NCBI GenBank assembly: GCA_026025795.1
Contig: JAPEUG010000139.1
Coordinates: 1-38,195, forward strand
Reading direction: 5' to 3'
Source: Thelocarpon superellum
Lineage: Eukaryota
DNA length: 38,195 nt
Below, in pieces: positions 37,207-38,195 of the stretch. The translations under genes and the position numbers were made by a program. Under the pieces are notes generated by a model. The model made no database searches and was not told the origin of the DNA. It saw nothing but the letters and a program-made list of their open reading frames with translations. The stretch's first letter is position 1; every line of letters starts with the position of its first letter.

Positions 37207-38195
37207 GATGATGGTGGTTGGCGGGGCGGTGAACGGGAATGGTAAGGGAGCAGACTAATGAGCGACGTTCAGAGGAGCACGCAGCGAGACGAAGCAACGA
37301 CTAAGTGCAGGGGACGACGTCGATCTTAAGTCTGCACCGGATTGGTCCCCTTTCCATTCTAGAAGGCCGCATGTGGAGATAATCACAGGCCATGCGACCG
37401 ATCTGGAAGCTGGCCGCGTAATTGGGCATAGGAAGAAATTATGCCTCAGAGGAGACCTGCACAATATAGCACAAGCGTTACGGACAGACGTGATGGCGAG
37501 CTGAATGGATTCTCCCAGGTGCAGCGATCAAGCCGTTGTGGAGATGAGAGCAAGAGGTTCATCACGGGCATTGAGACCGATGTCCACCTACGGCCAGGCG
37601 CAGAGTGTTCGCGGCCCAGGCATTTCTAGGCCGCGCTCGACATTCACAGGGCGTAAGAATGAGCGACATGTCCATGGTCCTTTGAGAGCCATGCCATGGA
37701 GCGATCACATCCTTGGAACGATCAAGCTGGCACCCCACGTTCGTGTGAATGCTCCAACCTGCGATACCTTGACGGCATTCTTCCATTCAAGATGTGAAGC
37801 TGCATGACTGAGCCAGTCTTTCGTGACATGGATTTTCAAATGCGCGTCAGGATGGTAAAGAGTTCGCTCGTCCAACGAGCGAAAGCGGGCCAGTCTGCTC
37901 GGCATTGACCTGCCTGAATCACGCGCTGAACTGCCGGTCCAGGTTGTGCAGGATTCAGCACCACGTCCACGCTAAGAACCGTCAAAGCCGGCCAATCGCC
38001 GAAGCTCCCCGCGCTAAGCTCGGAGGGGCCCCCAGGCCAAGGCATGACGTCCAGCTGCCAAGGCAGGTCCCGACCAGGATACCACTGCCAACTGCAAGTC
38101 GAGCCCCGCAGCACGCCAAGAGGGCTTTGAGCTGTCGTCGAGGGTATCCGAGCAGTATTATGGGCAATCGGAGGGTGGTGCCCTTCCTACTCCTA

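Noticed and set aside
37440..38195. Short ORFs and an open frame at the window end
   Set aside because: Trial splicing gave early stops and no motif was recognised; may belong to a gene beyond the window
1..38195. Transposon, Starship captain, CRISPR array or biosynthetic gene cluster
   Set aside because: No transposase, RT, integrase or tyrosine-recombinase motifs, terminal repeats, spaced repeats or PKS/NRPS core genes were recognised

Overview
Gene-dense, GC-rich eukaryotic DNA from a filamentous ascomycete (Pezizomycotina-type short GT-AG introns of about 45-100 nt with CTRAC/CTAAY branch points). Most ORFs in the supplied track are exon fragments or antisense shadows. Manual splicing gives about 15 protein-coding genes. 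The conserved housekeeping block is RRN6, SPC25, MZT1, CUE5, a DHX35-like helicase, a CHY/RING E3 ligase, a PITH protein, a mitochondrial carrier, a DUF2293 protein, a DUF1763-like protein, VPS20 and RIX7. Likely accessory genes are an intron-split Zn(II)2Cys6 protein, an atypical minimal kinase possibly fused to an unknown helical domain, and a secreted CE16/SGNH esterase with altered oxyanion-hole motifs. Several microsatellites and a dense CCAAT cluster are present. I found no tRNA, rRNA, CRISPR array or recognisable transposon, and no clear multi-gene novel system. Family assignments are from motif recognition, not database searches.
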